Shown: positions 28,980 through 32,000 of the stretch, piece after piece
Position numbering within the stretch: the stretch's first letter is position 1
How the letters are laid out: every line of letters starts with the position of its first letter
NCBI RefSeq assembly: GCF_000025945.1
Contig: NC_006138.1
Coordinates: 2,100,001-2,132,000, forward strand
Direction: 5' to 3'
Source of the DNA: Desulfotalea psychrophila LSv54
GTDB lineage: Bacteria > Desulfobacterota > Desulfobulbia > Desulfobulbales > Desulfocapsaceae
DNA length: 32,000 nt
Program-made: the position numbers and the translations under genes
Notes under the pieces: generated by a model
What the model saw: the letters and a program-made list of their open reading frames with translations, nothing else
What the model was told of the DNA's origin: nothing
The model's database searches: none

Positions 28980-29315
28980 ATGGAAATTACAATTAGTAAA
29001 GATAATAATATACTGGTCACTAACCTGTCCGGTAAACTCAACTCAACAACGGTGACCAAACTCGAGGAGTCCCTGCGACAGCATACTTCGCCGCCATTGA
29101 GTCACCTTGTCCTTAACTGTCAGGACCTTGAGTATATATCAAGTGCTGGTCTCCGCATTGTTCTGTCTCTTACTAAAACATTTGCAAAAACTGACTGGCA
29201 TTTTACCATCTGCTGTTTGCAGGAGCATGTCCTTGAAGTTTTTGAAATGTCAGGATTTGATAGTCTGGTAACGATAAAGACGAGCCAGGAGGAGGCTAAG
29301 GAAAAGCTCAGTTAA
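28980..29315 (+). CDS. STAS domain protein (anti-sigma factor antagonist, RsbV/SpoIIAA-like)
   Basis: MEITISKDNNILVTNLSGKLNSTTVTKLEESL...HLVLNCQDLEYISSAGLRIVLSLTKT with the canonical xxSSAGLR phosphorylation-site motif. Confidence 0.92.
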   Translation: MEITISKDNNILVTNLSGKLNSTTVTKLEESLRQHTSPPLSHLVLNCQDLEYISSAGLRIVLSLTKTFAKTDWHFTICCLQEHVLEVFEMSGFDSLVTIKTSQEEAKEKLS

Positions 29316-29556
29316 GGATGGTACTTCTTGACAGAGCAGTCCAGAATATTGAGTGCTTTTTTCAGGTATCCAAGCGTGATAGTGTAGTTATTCGTCAATC
29401 GGCTTATTATAATGTGGAATAACTGGTATCCTGAAGCTTTTCACAAAAAATGAAAAACGCATAAAGCTTAAGTTTCCAAGGTCGCACAGGATCCGATTAA
29501 GTTGAGTGATGTGAAGGAACTTGAGAGAATTCATCAGAGATGAATTTAAAACTGCT

Positions 29557-29796
29557 ATGCTAATTGTTAAATGTGCTGCCTGTAAGAAGAAGTTATGGTC
29601 TTATGAAAAAATAGGGCAGGGCGAGGTGTTGCGTTGCCATAAAGAGCGGATACAGAAGTTCTTTTACCAAGCTGAGCCGGGGAAGGCAGAGCATAAAATT
29701 TACTGCTCCTGTGGAAAAGAGATCGGGATAGATAGGGGTAAGTTTTTTAAAATGATAGCAAAGGCCTTTACTTATTCTGGAACCAAAAGAAATTAA
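29557..29796 (+). CDS. Small cysteine-rich (putative zinc-binding) hypothetical protein
   Basis: MLIVKCAACKKKLWSYEKIGQGEVLRCHKERIQKFFYQ...HKIYCSCGKEIGID: CxxC, a single internal Cys and CxC. Track start is 29521; ATG 29557 begins closer to the motif. Confidence 0.6.
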   Translation: MLIVKCAACKKKLWSYEKIGQGEVLRCHKERIQKFFYQAEPGKAEHKIYCSCGKEIGIDRGKFFKMIAKAFTYSGTKRN

Positions 29797-29825
29797 ATCG
29801 ATTTTTGAAAAATGCTGAGTTTAAG

Positions 29826-29870
29826 CAATAAGTGCAACATTCTTTAAATTTCAGTATGTTGCACTTATTG
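29826..29870. terminator. Long perfect inverted repeat between convergent genes; candidate hairpin or bidirectional terminator-like element
   Basis: CAATAAGTGCAACAT (29826-29840) / ATGTTGCACTTATTG (29856-29870), 15-bp perfect stem with 15-nt loop. Confidence 0.5.
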
Positions 29871-29930
29871 TCTCAATATAGCCTTGTTCAGGCAGCCTGC
29901 CAGCAGACTGATCTATCTAAACAGTATCGT

Positions 29931-31979
29931 TTAAACTTTAAATTGTCCCACTGCTGCTTTGAGGGATTCTGCTATTTCGAAGAGTTCGCCTGCCCGGGTC
30001 TTAACCTGGGTGCTGGCATTGCTCATATCGTTTGCACTGCTGTTTACTCCTGCAATCTCTGCCGAGATACTCTCGGTTACGGTAGAATTGCTTGCCACGT
30101 TTTCACTCACCTCGGTGATGCCGCTTGAGGCCTGGCTGACATTGATGGCAATTTCTTTGGTGGTGACGTTCTGCTCTTCCACTGCGGTGGCAATGGTCGC
30201 AACGATTTGATCGACATCGGCAATAACCTGACGAATTTCATCAATTTCCTTTACGGTTACTCCCGTTGCCTGTTGAATGCCATCGATCTTCTTTTTAATA
30301 TCAAGGGTTGCATTGGCTGTCTGTTTGGCCAGATCCTTAATCTCGTTTGCCACTACGGCAAAGCCCTTACCTGCCTCACCGGCCCGAGCCGCTTCGATGG
30401 TGGCATTAAGGGCCAGCAGGTTTGTCTGCTCGGAAATTTCGGTGATGACCTCCGTCACCCGGGTGATCTCTGCCGCGGCTGTGCCAAGTTCGTTGACACG
30501 TTGCGATGCCTGTTGAGAACGATCAACGGCCTGTTGGCTAATACCCTTTGCCTTACCTGAATTTTCTGCAATTTCGCCTATGGTTGCGTTCATCTCTTCA
30601 GCAGCTGTAGCCACCATGGAAATATTGACCGAGGCCTGTTCCATCGCCGCTGCCACGGAATTTTGGTTGGCGCTCATCTCTTCAGCTGACTGAGCCACCT
30701 GGGTTGATCTGCTGGCGGTATCTAAAACTCCTTTTGCCATATCATCGGAGATGGCGACAAGCTCAGTAGAAGAGTCGTCTAGGACGTTCACCCGTTGATT
30801 AATGTCCCCTATGACTCCCCGTAGGCTGGTTGACATCTCGTTAAGCGAAACTGCCAGCAGGCCAATTTCATCCTTTTGATCCACATCCATCCGCTGGGTC
30901 ATATCACCCTCTGCCATCTTTCTTGCCAACTCAACACCTTTAAAAAGAGGGCGGGTGATCAAGAGGGTCAGGATAAGACCCAGTCCCAAGGCCAGGACAA
31001 CGCCCACGACAATGCCAATAATGATGAGTATCTTGCCCTTTTGGGCAATTGCTTCGGCCTCTGTAGCAGCTATCTGGGCACTCGTATCTGCCTTGGCAAC
31101 AATGGTATCAACGGTTGCATAAACACGATTCTGATAGGTCATAGCATCTTCTAACAGAAGGGTGCTCATCTTGTGAAAATTTTTATAGGCTGTGTCAATG
31201 GGTTTGGTCATCTCTGTCAGTACGGCAAAGACTTTTTCGCTCTCTGGATAGACCTTAGTTCCCATGATCTCTTTCGCTTCGGCGGGACGACCTGCCCTGA
31301 TGGCCGCCTTTACCTGAGCCACGCTTCCATGAAACTGGTTATGAATTCTCTTTGCCTTTTCAGCTATGGCAAGAATGTCTGGATTTTGAGTATCCATATT
31401 ATTAAGAAATTTGCCGATATTACAGGCATGAGGATCTCCGCCTCCGACAAAGGATCTTCCGGTTGAAATGAGCCTGGCTAGATCTATCAGGAGGACCTCA
31501 TGCTCTTTTACAGATTTTTCCATGAGTTTTTGCCGTAACATGGGATTGACAATATCAGCTCTGACAAGTTGCTGAGACAGTTCTACCGCCTGATTACTGA
31601 TTTCGCCCCATTTTTTAAGGTTTGTTTTAAAATCCCGCCATTCCGGTTTTACCTCTTCGGCAAATGGCAGCTTTTTAAACTCATTAATAGTTATTCCGTA
31701 ATTAGCCCTTGCCTGGGCAAGATCTGTTATGACTTTTTGCCGTTGCTCAATAGAGGCATATGGGGTGAGCAGAGAACGCAATACTCCACTAATAATAGCC
31801 GCTTCGGCCTTGATTTTCAGAATTTTTTCCATTGCTGGCATGCTGTTATTAGCCAGCTCCTGCTCCTGAACATGCAGGGCCTTCAGCTGCAAGACACCAA
31901 CCATGCCGACAAAAACTACAATCAGGGCAGTGAGGGCAAAGCCTCCACCCAGCTTTACCCCTAGCTTCAAATTTTTCAT
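29931..31979 (-). CDS. Methyl-accepting chemotaxis protein (TM, periplasmic sensor, TM, HAMP, MCP signalling domain)
   Basis: [43 protein letters not shown] and conserved hairpin tip [45 protein letters not shown]. Confidence 0.95.
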   Translation of the reverse strand: MKNLKLGVKLGGGFALTALIVVFVGMVGVLQLKALHVQEQELANNSMPAMEKILKIKAEAAIISGVLRSLLTPYASIEQRQKVITDLAQARANYGITINEFKKLPFAEEVKPEWRDFKTNLKKWGEISNQAVELSQQLVRADIVNPMLRQKLMEKSVKEHEVLLIDLARLISTGRSFVGGGDPHACNIGKFLNNMDTQNPDILAIAEKAKRIHNQFHGSVAQVKAAIRAGRPAEAKEIMGTKVYPESEKVFAVLTEMTKPIDTAYKNFHKMSTLLLEDAMTYQNRVYATVDTIVAKADTSAQIAATEAEAIAQKGKILIIIGIVVGVVLALGLGLILTLLITRPLFKGVELARKMAEGDMTQRMDVDQKDEIGLLAVSLNEMSTSLRGVIGDINQRVNVLDDSSTELVAISDDMAKGVLDTASRSTQVAQSAEEMSANQNSVAAAMEQASVNISMVATAAEEMNATIGEIAENSGKAKGISQQAVDRSQQASQRVNELGTAAAEITRVTEVITEISEQTNLLALNATIEAARAGEAGKGFAVVANEIKDLAKQTANATLDIKKKIDGIQQATGVTVKEIDEIRQVIADVDQIVATIATAVEEQNVTTKEIAINVSQASSGITEVSENVASNSTVTESISAEIAGVNSSANDMSNASTQVKTRAGELFEIAESLKAAVGQFKV

Positions 31980-32000
31980 TTCCTCTCCTTGCGTGTAACG

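Noticed and set aside
30207-31466. Plus-strand ORFs opposite the chemoreceptor gene
   Set aside because: Antisense shadow frames of a conserved MCP; composition is atypical and they lack domains.

Overview
The window is gene-dense bacterial chromosome with a deltaproteobacterial/Desulfobacterota flavour (inference only). No CRISPR array, transposase, integrase or phage module was seen. Left part: Hsp20; a divergent AraC-type regulator and YqhD-like alcohol dehydrogenase; SPFH/NfeD membrane pair; YqeB-like selenium/molybdenum hydroxylase accessory protein; initiator tRNA-Met; cold-shock protein; rhodanese; hemolysin III/TrhA; glyA. Middle: serine beta-lactamase-like hydrolase; MtfA-like peptidase; RidA; ArsC-like reductase; a complete Pho/Pst locus in the order phoU-pstC-pstA-pstS-pstB, divergent from phoB-phoR; PhnA-like protein; stand-alone ParB-N domain protein. 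Right part: a compact five-gene cassette (SpoIIE/PP2C phosphatase, exporter-like ABC ATPase/permease, cyclic-nucleotide-binding protein, RsbW-like kinase, STAS protein), then a small Cys-rich protein and a methyl-accepting chemotaxis protein. The most interesting signal is the ABC protein. Its nucleotide-binding domain has about 245 extra residues between the Q-loop region and the LSGGQ signature, and these appear to contain two further degenerate copies of the Q-loop/'GSVKDNLLY' segment. It sits inside a partner-switching signalling cassette.
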